NCBI GenBank assembly: GCA_964016885.1
Contig: OZ024747.1
Location: 59,706,001-59,770,000 of the forward strand
Length of the DNA: 64,000 nt
DNA from: Eledone cirrhosa
Lineage: Eukaryota
Reading direction: 5' to 3'
The notes under the pieces are model-generated. The model had not been told where the DNA came from. It saw nothing but the letters and a program-made list of their open reading frames with translations, and did no database searches. This document shows, piece by piece, positions 14,891-28,040 of the stretch. The first letter of the stretch is position 1. Each line of letters opens with the position of its first letter. Made by a program: the position numbers and the translations under genes.

Positions 14891-15739
14891 ATCTCTCTCT
14901 CTATCTCTCTCTCTATCTCTTTCTCTCTATCTCTATCTCTCTCGAGACCAAATTGTTCTGATTCCATGAAGTTTCACTGCCTCACATCTGAAGCGAACGG
15001 AGCTTTTAGCATTAGCGCACGTGTAAAAGCTGAATATTTCTGCTGTGCTGTCTATATTTTTCTCTGCTAGTCTTTTCAAATGACTATGAATGCTACTGTT
15101 TCTCAATAGAAAACATTGATTTTTTTTTTTTTTTCCTTATTTTCTTCTTTATTTTTATGTTTTTTGTCTTTTTTGTCAGTGGAAACAATTCCATTGTGAG
15201 TGGCAGGTTCCAATTGAATTGGATTTATCATTCTTATTTGGAAAACATACTGAAGAAATTTTATTGCTCATTGCAGATGCTAATTACAAAGCAATCTGTA
15301 TTATTTAGCTTCCATGAAGCTGCATCATTTTCTATTGACATAATTACCAATGCATAATTACGGCTCAGCTATTAAACTTTGACATTATTTTATTATCATT
15401 CAAATTTGTTGCAGTAGTTCTCATTTGTCCAAGCCTCTCTCTCTCTACTGTATTTACTTTGAAACAAATAAGTCAGATTTTTGTGAATGTTTTTTTTTTT
15501 TTCATTATTTTATTTCATTTCAACTTTTGGCAAAATAAGCTTTGAAAAAAATCTCAGTAATTTTATATTCTCTGTTGATATTTACAGTGGATTAAATTCC
15601 ACTTTTGTTGTTGTCCACAATCTGTGTTGAACCTCAAGTTCCAATGTTATTTCCAGTGGATCAAATTCCACTTGTTGGTGCAAACTACTCATGAAATTAT
15701 CATGTAAGTAGCGGATCATTCCACAGACAAGTGCACCCC

Positions 15740-15967
15740 TAACCCTTTAGCATCTAAACCAGCCATATCTGGCCAGAATTCTCTCATCTCTTTTTATTGA
15801 AACTGTCCTTAACTGGCCATTCATATTGATGTTAAGGTATTTTTCTCAAAATAAATAACATCAAAATCTCGTAAATTCGATATTATGTGGGATAATTATG
15901 TAAGATAAAGCCTTTACCACAAAAATATAATAGTAAATATAGAGTAGTGTAAATGTTAAAGGGTTAA
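15740..15967. mobile_element. piggyBac-like MITE family 1
   Basis: Ends taaccctttagcat...atgttaaagggttaa (TTAA|CCCT...AGGG|TTAA); homologous copies at 24885, 35884 and 42620. Confidence 0.75.
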
Positions 15968-16849
15968 TGTTGTTCTCAGGAATATTCAGCATAACATTGT
16001 GTGTAACAAGGATGGCCCTTTTAAATTTGATACACTGTTCCCTCCGATGAGCTTCCATAAGGTTTTTATCTACCCAATTTGTCACAAGTCTCGGGTTGTT
16101 TTGCAGCTATGGTAAATAACGCTTGCTTCAAATGCCTTGCAGTGGGATTGAGCCCAGAACCTTGTAATTGTGAAGTGAGCTTCATAACTGCTTGACCATG
16201 CTATGTCTCTGGTCAAATGCTACATCAGATATGTATGGTGGAGCACCTAAACATATAATCTGCTTTTTTCTGGCTATGGATAGAGGACTGATGATCAGAT
16301 AACACACACATTCATGTGTGTGTGTATGGTTGGCATGCCAACATGGAAGAGCAGACATTAAATGAGGATGATGTATGTATGGTTCCATAACTCCTGATAG
16401 TCGTAGGGGCGCCGTATTGACATATGAGTCGTATTGACATATGAGCCCATCCCTCTCCAGGCCTGAGGATGATGTAGCTTACCATTAAACATTTGCTCTA
16501 CATTTCTCCAGCCAAGTTAGCCTCCTTCAATTCATAAATGAGATTTAAATGTATGTTGCCATTATTCCAATGTATTTCGGGATCACTGTATCAATTATTT
16601 TCTCATCTATCTTATATTATTACAATTTCCTGAATTCCCTCTAAATAGGCTTTATATTTCTTATTCTAAATTATATAGGGATAGGCTTCCATAAATAATA
16701 ATAAAATGAGAGAGAGAGATTGAGGCAGAAGTAGTGAATGTAGATCTCAAAATACTAAACCTCACAAGATGACATATGAAAGAGACAAGTAGATGCTTGA
16801 TGGAGAGGAGAGTGTAACCAATTGAAGCATAGAAAAGCAAACATAAAAA

Positions 16850-17200
16850 CATCACAAAATATTGATCAACCTGGGTGGAAGGGGGGGGGTCTATTATTGA
16901 CAACCCCCCACAGTGAGACTGAAAGATATCATAAAACATTGATCAACTTAGGGGAAGGGGGTTATGATTGACAACCCCCAAAGTGGGACTGAAAGATATC
17001 ATTAAACATTGATCAACTTGGGGGCTATAGTTGACAACCCCCAAAGTGGGACTGAAAAATTTCACAAAACATTGATCAATGGAGTGGGGGTGAGGTGGGG
17101 CTCTATAGTTGACAACCCCCAAAGTGGGAGTCAAAAATTTCACAAAACCTTGATCAACCTGGGGGTGCTATAGTCGACAACCCCCAAAGTGGTACTGAAC
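16850..17200. repeat. ~60-75 bp tandem repeat, 5 units
   Basis: aaacattgatcaac-(G-rich variable)-ctatagttgacaacccccaaagtgggactgaaa. Confidence 0.85.
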
Positions 17201-17774
17201 CTAGAACCGCATGGCTGCAATGTTTACTAGTTAACCACTCAGCTTTGCTTGTACCTATATGACAAATTAGTTTGTATGTATAATGGTAAGTTAATAATGT
17301 GTCCTAACTAAATGATTGGTGGGTAGACAGAGTACTGTTGATTGCTAGCAACATTGTTGTGGTTTTGATGTTTTACTGGAATATTATAGAAAACTGAGGT
17401 GTATTCAATGTTCTCAGGAAGTCCAGGGGTCATAAAAGCTGTAAAACGTAATTGGTTAGTAAGCCATTTAGAAAAGAATTGAGATAAAACCAAGTCTGAA
17501 CAAAAGAGCTCTCTGTTTATTTTTTATAGTTTTCTTTTGCTATTTTTTTATTATTATTTTTTTTTTACAATCTCATGAATATTATTATTCCTAGAGTTAT
17601 GTTGTTGAACGAAATATATCAAAGTGGATTATTTAAGCAATTTTTTTTATTATTATCTTTCCTTTTCTTTTTGTATTTTGTTTAATAAATAAATAAAATT
17701 TCTATTGTCCTGAGAAACTGTTTTCTATGATAAAGAAAACCACTTCTGTTTAAAGCAAGATATCTCCTTTGGCT

Positions 17775-18075
17775 CTGTGTGTGTGTGTGTGTGTGAATGT
17801 ATGAGTGTGTGTGAATGTATGAGTGTGTGTGAATGTATGAGTGTGTGTGGGTGAATGTATGTGGCGGAATGAATGTCTGTTGTGTGTGCGTGTATGAGTG
17901 AATGCATATGTGTAGGTAGATGTGTCTGCGGGGAATAAATGTGTGTGTGTGTATGAGGGAGCACATGTGTGTGAGTCAGTGTATGTGTAGGTGAATGTGT
18001 GGGGTGTGTCAATGTATGTATATGTGGGGAAATGAATATGTGTGTGTGAGTACGTGTGTGTGTGTGAGAATGTGT

Positions 18076-18106
<31 letters not shown>

Positions 18107-18118
18107 CATATGTGTGTG
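17775..18118. repeat. (GT)n/(TA)n simple repeats
   Basis: Direct reading. Confidence 0.85.
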
Positions 18119-18269
18119 TCAGTTTTCTAATGTAAGAATTCCAAGGTATTGTCTGTGATGATTTGTAATTCATATGTTTGATCATTTAATGAAAGAATCA
18201 ATAAAGAAACATTAACACTACAACAACAACAAAGAAACATAAGAAAAACAAAAAAAAACAATGACAGTC

Positions 18270-19270
18270 CCCACCACTAACACCAACATTGCCACTACCT
18301 CCTCCACGATCTTCACTAGCACCACCATTGCTATTTCCACCACCACCTCCACCACCACTGGCACCACCACCATTACAACTTCCACTGCAACCAGCATCAT
18401 CTCCAACACCACCATTGCCACTTCCACTTCCACCACCACCATGGTCACCACCATCACCACCATCACCACCATCACCATCACCAACACCACCATTGCCACT
18501 TCCACTTCCACCACCACCATGGTAACCACTAGCACCACCACCATTACAACTTCCACTGCAACCATCATCATCACCAACACCGCAACCACCACCATTACCA
18601 CCATCACCACCATCATCATCAACAACACCATCATTGCCATTTCCACCACCATGGTCACCACCACCATTACCACCATCACCACCATCATCATCAACAACAC
18701 CATCATTGCCATTTCCACTACCACCATGGTCACCACCACCATTACCACCACCACCACCATCATCATCACCAACACCACCATTGCCATTTCCACTACCACC
18801 ATGGTCACCACCACCACCACCATCATCATCACCAACACCACCACCATTACCACCATCACCACCATCACCACCATGGTCACCACCACCATTACCACCATCA
18901 TCACCACCATCATCATCACCAACACCATCATTGCCATTTTTCACTACCACCATGGTCACCACCACCATTACCACCATCACCACCACCATTTCCATCACCA
19001 CCATGGTCACCACCACCATTATCACCATCACCACCACCATTTCCATCACCACCATGGTCACCACCACCATTATCACCATCACCACCACCATTTCCATCAC
19101 CACCATGGTCACCACCACCATTACCACCATTTCCATCACCACCATGGTCACCACCACCATTACCACCATCACCATCACCAACACCACCATTGCCACTTTC
19201 CCTATTGCCACCACCACCACCATCACAACAACTACTACTACTACTACCACCACCACTACCACTACTACAG
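18270..19270. repeat. (CAC/CAT)n low complexity
   Basis: Direct reading. Confidence 0.9.
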
Positions 19271-19384
19271 TTCATCTCACTACTGTTGTGTGATGTCAGT
19301 TGTGTGGTTTCAGTTATGCCATTGTTGGTATTATCTCTCAACATAAGACATAACCATCTGTGGATGAGATGTGTGACAATATGT

Positions 19385-20076
19385 AGGGGATGGTTAGTGG
19401 TAGGGGTGGGGCTGATAGTGGTGAGGGTAGTGGGCAACTGATGGTGGGGGGGGGGGGGGCGACTGATAGTGTGTGTGGGTGGTTGGTTGATATTGGTGAG
19501 GGTGGTGGTGGGGCTGGTGGTCGGGAGTTGATAGTGGTGAGGGTAGTGGGGAGCTGATGGTGGTGGTGGGGAGGCTGATAGTGCAGCGGCGGGCGGGGGG
19601 GGGGGGGGGAATTGATATTGGTGAGGGTGATAGTCTTGTAAGTGGTTGGGGATTTATAGTTGTGGTTGTGTAGGTTGTGGTGGTGTACATGGTGGGAGTG
19701 TAGATGGTGGTATAGGTGATAGTGGTGATGATATAGGTGGTGGTGGTGGTGGTGGTGATGATGGTGTTGGTTATTGTGGTAGTGGTGGTAGTAATGGTAA
19801 CAGTGGTGGTGGTGGTGAGAATAGTAACAGTTGTGGTGGGAGTGGTAATGTAGATGGTGCTATAGGTGATAGTGGTGATGGTATAGGTGGTGGTGGTGGT
19901 GGTGATGATGATATAGGTGGTGATGATGGTGTTGGTTATTGTGGTAGTGGTGGTAGTAATGGTAACATTGGTGGTGGTGAGAATAGTAACAGTTGTGGTG
20001 GGAGTGGTAATGTAGATGGTGCTATAGGTGATAGTGGTGATGGTATAGGTGGTGGTTGGTGACAGTGGTAGTGGTG
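19385..20076. repeat. (GGT/GAT)n low complexity
   Basis: Direct reading; internal ~180-bp duplication. Confidence 0.9.
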
Positions 20077-20517
20077 CTAAACGCACTTCATTGAAAAATC
20101 TGAAAATCAGAAATTCAGAAAAAAAAGCCCCAACCTATCAGTCATTCTAACTGCTATCTATGGAAGCCGACAAAAAAATGTCTGAATATGATGGAGATTT
20201 ATGTAGAAGTTATGAATGGATTAAATTGCTTTTCATCTGAATAAAAACCTAATAAGATTCATTATAGATGGGAGCTGTTTCCTTTTGTTTGTCCATCTAT
20301 GTGTGTGTATATATGTGTGTATATGTGCATGTGTGTGTATATATGTGCATGTGTGTGTATATATGTGCATGTGTGTATGTGTGTGCGTATTTGCATTCGT
20401 GTATGTATAAATATAGGTATTTGTCCATGTGCGTGTATGTGTGTGTGTGTATGTATAAATATAGGTGTTTGTCCATCTGTGTGTGTGTATGTGTGTATGT
20501 ATATAATGTAAAATAAT

Positions 20518-20702
20518 TGTTTCTACTTTAGGCACAAGGCCAGCAATTACCCAGTACATTACTGGTACTTTATTTTATCGACCCCGTAAAGATGAAAGGC
20601 AAAGTCAACCTCGGCGGGATTTGAACTCAGATCGTAAAGGGACGTAACTATGCTGGAAAGCATGGCATCCTGCCCTCTACTGATACTGCCAATCCACCGC
20701 CC
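20518..20702 (-). mobile_element. SINE family A, full length with TSD
   Basis: Reverse complement of the 12009 element; 18-bp TSD tatataatgtaaaataat at 20500-20517 and 20703-20720. Confidence 0.93.
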
Positions 20703-20729
20703 TATATAATGTAAAATAATACATGGTAA

Positions 20730-20786
20730 ACATATATATATATGTATATATATGCATGTGTATGTATAAATATAGGTATATGTGTT

Positions 20787-20835
<49 letters not shown>

Positions 20836-21526
20836 CTGTTTGTATAAATGCAGGTGTGTTTGTGGTTAATATATGGTACACACGTATATATATGTACATG
20901 TGTGTATGTATGAATATATATATATATACACACAAACATATATATATACACACACACATATATATATACACACACATATATATATATATACACACACGTA
21001 TATCTACTCATACATGCCTATATACACACGTGTATACCATAATATATTACAAATATCTATATAAATGTATGTTTTTCAGTACATGAATATGCATACATTC
21101 ATGATTTTCTACATGTAATTCCACACAACCTAACAGCAAAATGTATGCTGTTTACCCTAGAAGATAGTATATTTTATACATTTCTGTGTCTGTGTGTACT
21201 GATATATATATATATTATTTATATATATGTATATTATGTACATACATATATATATATGTACATGTATATATGTGTGTGTATATATATATGTACATGTATA
21301 TATGTGTGTGTATAAAAAAATGTATAGTTAATTGTATAAACTTGTTTATTTTACATGAATATATATATATATAAACATAAAGTGTATGTGTGTATATACA
21401 TATATATATATACACACACACATATATGTATATATATACACACACACATACATGTTTATATATACACACATATATATATATATATGCATATATATACACA
21501 CATATATGTATATATACACACATATA

Positions 21527-21588
<62 letters not shown>

Positions 21589-21605
21589 TCTATCTATATA
21601 TATAT

Positions 21606-21654
<49 letters not shown>

Positions 21655-22011
21655 CACACATATATATATGTATATATATATATATATAGATATATATATA
21701 TATGCACACACATATCTATCTTTATATATATACACACATATATCTATATATGAATACACACACTAACATACACACATATTGTAATATTCCTTCCATTTGA
21801 TTTCGAACAATGAGTATAACCTGAGGTGAAATATCCATCAACTTGTAGACAACAGTATGTCTGTTCTACTTTCCAAAGACATATAATACTGCTTAACTCT
21901 CATGATATTATTTTTAATGTTTCTTTCACAGAAGAGTGAAGGGCAGGATAGATAAATAAATATAGATAGTTGTAGTTAGAAAATATATAACGAACGAACG
22001 TTATATATATA

Positions 22012-22055
<44 letters not shown>

Positions 22056-23011
22056 TTTATATATGTATATGTGCACCATATGTACATACATTTATATATA
22101 CATATAGTTACATATGTGCAGATATGTACATACACACACATATGTACATAGATATATACACACACACGCACACACCTATATGTATATGTGCACCATATCT
22201 ACATACATTTATATATATATATATATATATATAGATACATATGTGCACATATGTACATACACACATATATGTACATATACACACACATATATATGTACAT
22301 ATGTGCACATATATATGCATAGTATATTTGTATATTCATATATTCAAACACATACAAACATTACACACACACACATACAATCACACATACGATCACACGC
22401 ACACACATGCGCACACACACACACACATGCGCACACACACACACACACATGCACACACACACACACTCTCACACCTACATATATACATATACAGTATATT
22501 AATAAAACACTATAATGTAATAGTAATTTCAATATGGTTCTCGCTTTCAGCAGAAGTTTGTTATGTATATGTTTGAAATGGTTTATATTATTAAGATTTT
22601 TCTACTTTAAATCTTCTTTTCACAAAATGCCTGCAAGATATCTTTCATTGATGTGATGCAAATAGCAAGACGTTTCTCTAGTTAAATTAGAAAAGATTCA
22701 GGTTTTTATTTTCATTTTCTGAGGACACTAGTTATGATATTATTACATGTGAATGTTTTTATTAGCTCAGCTCAAAATCTTTTATTTATTTCGCTGATAA
22801 TATCTCTAGCTAATTTCATTTTCTTTTCTAATTCCATTCATGTTCTTTGAAGCTATTCTCTTCACTTGTATACAACGTATATACATGTATATATATATAT
22901 ATATATATATGTGTGTATGTATGTATGTATGTATATATATATATATATATATATTTATAGATATGCATATATATGTATGTATATATATGTATATGTGTGT
23001 GTGTATGTATG

Positions 23012-23053
<42 letters not shown>

Positions 23054-23077
23054 GATATGCATATATATGTATGTATA

Positions 23078-23118
<41 letters not shown>

Positions 23119-23136
23119 GTATATATATATATATAT
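20730..23136. repeat. Blocks of (TA)n/(CA)n/(TATG)n microsatellite separated by short unique stretches
   Basis: Direct reading. Confidence 0.85.
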
Positions 23137-23450
23137 GTTTGTCAGTTTCAAAATTCTTCAGTTTTATTCTCTGGTATTTACAAAGAGCTTATTTGGAATG
23201 TTGTTCCTTTACTTTTAATGTGATTGATGTTAAAATTAATTTATATTCTATTGTCTATATATATATCTTGATTGTCTTTTTTCCATGTTTGACTGTGATA
23301 TTCTTCTATGTCCTGTTAAGCTACAGAAATCTCTTCAGAATTTTATTATTGTCTTTGTTTCTTCAAAGATTGTTCTGCTCACTTAGAAGTCATGGTTATT
23401 TTTTTTTCTTATTTCTATTTTGGTTTCTAATCGGTTTGTCAGGAGTCAGG

Positions 23451-24167
23451 GCAGTGCCTTTGACACATATCAGGCCCTCCTCAGCTGCAGTGCCTTTGAC
23501 ACATATCAGGCCCTCCTCAGCTGCAGTGTCTTTGGCACATATCAGGCCCTCCTCAGCTGCAGTGTCTTTGGCACATATCAGGCCCTCCTCAGCTGCAGTG
23601 TCTTTGTCACATATCAGGCCCTCCTCAGCTGCAGTGTCTTTGGCACATATCAGGCCCTCCTCAGCTGCAGTGTCTTTGGCACATATCAGGCCCTCCTCAG
23701 CTGCAGTGTCTTTGGCACATATCAGGCCCTCCTCAGCTGCAGTGTCTTTGGCACATATCAGGCCCTCCTCAACTGCAGTGTCTTTGGCACATATCAGGCC
23801 CTCCTCAGCTGCAGTGCCTTTGTCACATATCAGGCCCTCCTCAGCTGCAGTGCCTTTGGCACATATCAGGCCCTCCTCAGCTGCAGTGTCTTTGGCACAT
23901 ATCAGGCCCTCCTCAGCTGCAGTGCCTTTGTCACATATCAGGCCCTCCTCAGCTGCAGTGTCTTTGGCACATATCAGGCCCTCCTCAGCTGCAGTGCCTT
24001 TGTCACATATCAGGCCCTCCTCAGCTGCAGTGTCTTTGGCACATATCAGGCCCTCCTCAGCTGCAGTGTCTTTGGCACATATCAGGCCCTCCTCAGCTGC
24101 AGTGTCTTTGGCACATATCAGGCCCTCCTCAGCTGCAGTGCCTTTCACACATATCAGGGCCTCCTCA
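23451..24167. repeat. Minisatellite, 39-bp unit, ~18 copies
   Basis: Unit gcagtgtctttggcacatatcaggccctcctcagct-like, very homogeneous; period matches the 13-aa repeat in the ORF track. Confidence 0.95.
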
Positions 24168-24349
24168 AACTGAAAGCCTGATTTGAATGCTGAATGCTTG
24201 CAACAATATGCACTTTGCTAAAGGTACCCAGTGGCCACATGGTGGTGTTCAACAGGGTAACAGATTAAGTCTGCCATTCAGGTAGGCCTCAGGGGGAGTT
24301 GAACTCAAGGCACAAAGCTTAAGAACAAATAAAAGTTATCGGATCTAAG

Positions 24350-24620
24350 TGAAGGTGCATGGCTTAGTGGTTGGAGGATTGAATTCGCAATCGTGAGGTT
24401 GCAAATTTGATTCTCAGAGCAAGCGATGCATTATGTCTTTGAGCAAGACATTTTATTTCACGTTGCTCTTTCTGCCAGGAGTTGTGACAAGTAGATACTA
24501 TGAGCAATGGAAACATGGTTTTCTTGGTCTCATTTGACAAGTTCCACCCCACTCTGTAGGCAAATGAGGTGTGGGATCTTATCAGTTGATTCCTATCTGA
24601 TCCCATGTTTTAACCATTCC
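24350..24620 (+). mobile_element. tRNA-derived CORE-like SINE family B (diverged)
   Basis: ggtgcatggcttagtggtt head, degenerate B box, tgtctttgagcaagacatttt core. Confidence 0.7.
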
Positions 24621-24884
24621 ATGAGTCCAGTACTCTACACTTTATTTATTGATCCCAGAATGATGACAGACAGAGTTGGCTTTGGTGAGATTTGAACTCA
24701 CTACATAAGAACTTACACAATACATGAATGTTTACAACATTTACAAACTATCAATATTCTTTTAATGTGTCTTCTATTGACACTTGTACATCAATATATG
24801 AGTTATCTCTATAATATTTTATATGAGGTAGTTTTGTTATTTCAGTGTTATTCAAGACTGGGGGTAGAAATTGCATCAGTTGGT

Positions 24885-25100
24885 TTAACCCTTCAGCATT
24901 TGCATTACTCTATATATACTATTATATTTTCCCAGTAAAGGCTTTATTTCACATAATTATCCCACATAATATCGAATCTATGAGACTTTTATATTTATTT
25001 TGAGAACAATACCTTAACATCAGTATGAGTGGCCAGTTTGAATAGTCAGAGGTGAGACAATTCTGGCTAGATATGGCTGGTTTAAATGCTAAAGGGTTAA
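24885..25100. mobile_element. piggyBac-like MITE family 1
   Basis: ttaacccttcagcattt...aaatgctaaagggttaa TIRs with TTAA. Confidence 0.8.
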
Positions 25101-25974
25101 ATATTGTAACTATATCTGTGCAAAGTTTCTTGATATTTAGTTTCACCCTTTCATTATAGAAAGGCATTCTTTGACTCTTTTACCTGTTCCAGCCATCCGA
25201 CTGAGGCCATGCTGGAGCGCTATAATTTTGAAAATAATCAGTAATTTGAGTGGATTTAGTAATTTATCTAACTTCTTATTATTAAGCTGGTGTTCTACAA
25301 AATACTTCAGCAATGCTAGTATAGTCACTGCCTCAGTCTCTCTCACTCTCTTCATCTCTCACTATTATAAGCAAATGGAGGCCAATGCGCTGGCCTCCCC
25401 ACAGCCCTGTCGGACAGGATGGAGAAAGTGTTTCCCCTGTGGATTCCATTCCAGCTTGCAAGGCTCGCACCTGTGGGTAGCCAACTCTGTGCTGATGGTG
25501 GTGAATAGGGAATTGGTTCTAAGGCCAAGGACACCAGAAGTCTCCACTGCTGGTGTTTGGAATACAACTCAACAAATTTTCTTACATAAAACCATAATAG
25601 GTTTTTAGGTAAATATAAACATTTTATAATGAGCAGTTTTGTATTGTAAAACCAGGAGCAGTTTCAGACAGGTTGGCATCAAAACAATTTTCATACCTGG
25701 AAATATTGGCCAGAATCTGCTTCATTATATAACTGAAAATACTATCATTCCCATATGTAAATTGTCAGTGTTTATAGACATATATGCCAAATATGGGTTG
25801 GTCATTTAGATTAATTGCTCACCTAATCTTTCTTTGAATGATAATGAGAGAAGTGATTGAGGATGGTAATACTGTAAACATTGTTTCTGATTAGATCGAT
25901 GTTTATATACATAGATGTCAAACATAGGTTGGTTGTTGTAGAATAATTGCCTGTTAAAGCTTTCTTTGGAATGA

Positions 25975-26126
25975 TAATTGTTTCTACTTTGGGCACAAGG
26001 CCAGCAATTACCCAGTAGATTACTGGTACTTTATTTTATCGACCCCGTAAGGATGAAAGGCAAAGTCAACCTCGGCGGGATTTGAACTCAGATCGTAAAG
26101 GGACGACCCTCTACCGATACTGCCAA
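25975..26126 (-). mobile_element. SINE family A with internal deletion
   Basis: Near-identical to 20518-20702 apart from a missing segment between the A and B boxes. Confidence 0.88.
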
Positions 26127-27234
26127 AACAATAATATTACCTCAATAGAAAGGTAATTTCAAACATATGGAAATATACAAGTATTCATCTTTGGATGGCT
26201 ATGAGGAACTTTTGTAGTGGGAGAAGCATAGAAAAATAATTGAAATGAAACATATTTTCTAAGATTTGGATGCAGTAGGCTCAGATCTTATGTGATCAAT
26301 TGTACCCTACTTGTTTGTGTTCCTAAAAAAGAAAAACCTTTATTCAAGATCTTCTAGATATAAATTTAAGCAACTTCTGTCTGTTTGTCCGGCACACAAT
26401 GTGTGTGTGTTTGTGTGAATGTATGTGTGTAAAAGGAAGGAAGGAGATGGTAAAAATAAAACTATAGCAAAACAGCGGCTGGAGTTCTGCTTCCTTTTGT
26501 GTGTGAGTGCATGTTTATGTGAATATGAGTTTGTGTGAATGTGTATGAATGTATGTCTGTGAATGTGTATTTTTGTGTGTCTGCGTTTGTGTGTTTATAT
26601 TTATATACTCATACATATATATGTATGCATATGCACATAGACACATGTACATATACATAAGTGTCAGCATGTTGAAAAGTTCCTAGTCATGTAAAAGTGC
26701 CCATATACATTGACGTTTTGAAGGAGGCATAAGATCAGGTTATCTAGAGGCTGAGAAAATGGAAGAAACGAATAGTAGAGGTCGGGGAAAGGTTAGTTTG
26801 TCCACTTTATGTGGACCAGAACAGTGAGTTTTCTAACATCATATGCTTAAAACTTGAGTTAGATGCAAACCTGTTATATGTACCCAGGCTAGAACAGATG
26901 GTGTATCATATGGGGCAGATGGTTTAGGCCTACAATTTTGACAGGTGGGTACTAAAGGGGAGGGCTCCTCTCTTTTTATCTGTGCATGAGTAAATATATT
27001 AATATTTCAATTAAAAAAATATTGTTAGAAATTCTCTGCTAAATCATTACAGAATATTGAGTCAAGTTAGAGTTTTTGGTATATTTAATAAGAGTATTTT
27101 TTATATTTTGACATTGAATTGATCGGGAGCTGTCTTATTGAACATCCATGTTTGTCTGATTTGGGGGCTTAAAACTATTTCCTGTTTTATATAAATCATT
27201 CTGTTTTGTTATATGTAAGTACATTATGTATACA

Positions 27235-27268
<34 letters not shown>

Positions 27269-27466
27269 ACATACATTACAGGTATATATATATACATACA
27301 TTAAAGGTATATATATATATATATACATACATTACAGGTATATATATATATATACATACATTACAGGTATATATATACATACATTACAGGTATATATATA
27401 TATATATACATACATACATTACAGGTATATATATATATATACATACATACATACATATATTACAGG

Positions 27467-27505
<39 letters not shown>

Positions 27506-27821
27506 CTGTAATGTATACTTGCTGGTTTAGGGGAGACTAAAAGGGTTGGAATCTGAAAGGGTATTCAGCTTTGTCTTAAAAAGGATCCCATGATGAGTAT
27601 GAAGCTTGCATAATCAGTTATGGTTTTGTGGTCAGCCCTGACCACTGGTACTATTTCAATCCCTAGGTGGAATATATATTCAGAACAATGTCAGAACAAA
27701 TACTGCAAGAGATCTCATCTGACACACTAACAGGACTGTATTATTCATGGCGCTTACCTGGCACAGGGTTAACCATGATCAGCTGGGTGGTTCTCCCAGA
27801 GTGAGGCTCTTCCATTGCAAT

Positions 27822-28040
27822 AGGGCGGTGGATTGGCAGTATCGGTAGAGCATCGGAATACATGCGTTGCAGCATAGTTATGGCCCTTTACTTTCTGAGT
27901 TCAAATCCTGCTGAGGTTAGCTTTGCCTTTCATCCTTACGATGTTGATAAACTAAAGCACCAGTAATGCACTAGGGCGATTTAATCAATTTTCCCCCTCC
28001 TACAAAATTGCTAGCCTTGTGCCTAAATTTGAAACAATTA
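27822..28040 (+). mobile_element. SINE family A, longer subfamily
   Basis: agggcggtggattggcagtatcgg...gagttcaaatcc...gcctttcatcc; extra ttaatcaattttccccctcc segment. Confidence 0.88.

Noticed and set aside
16850-17200. CRISPR-like repeat-spacer appearance
   Set aside because: Eukaryotic context, no cas genes, degenerate repeats, and spacers are short related G-runs
10192-20086. Poly-Ser/Thr/Pro/His/Gly ORFs (mucin- or extensin-like)
   Set aside because: Translations of trinucleotide repeats, open on both strands and in several frames, with no domains
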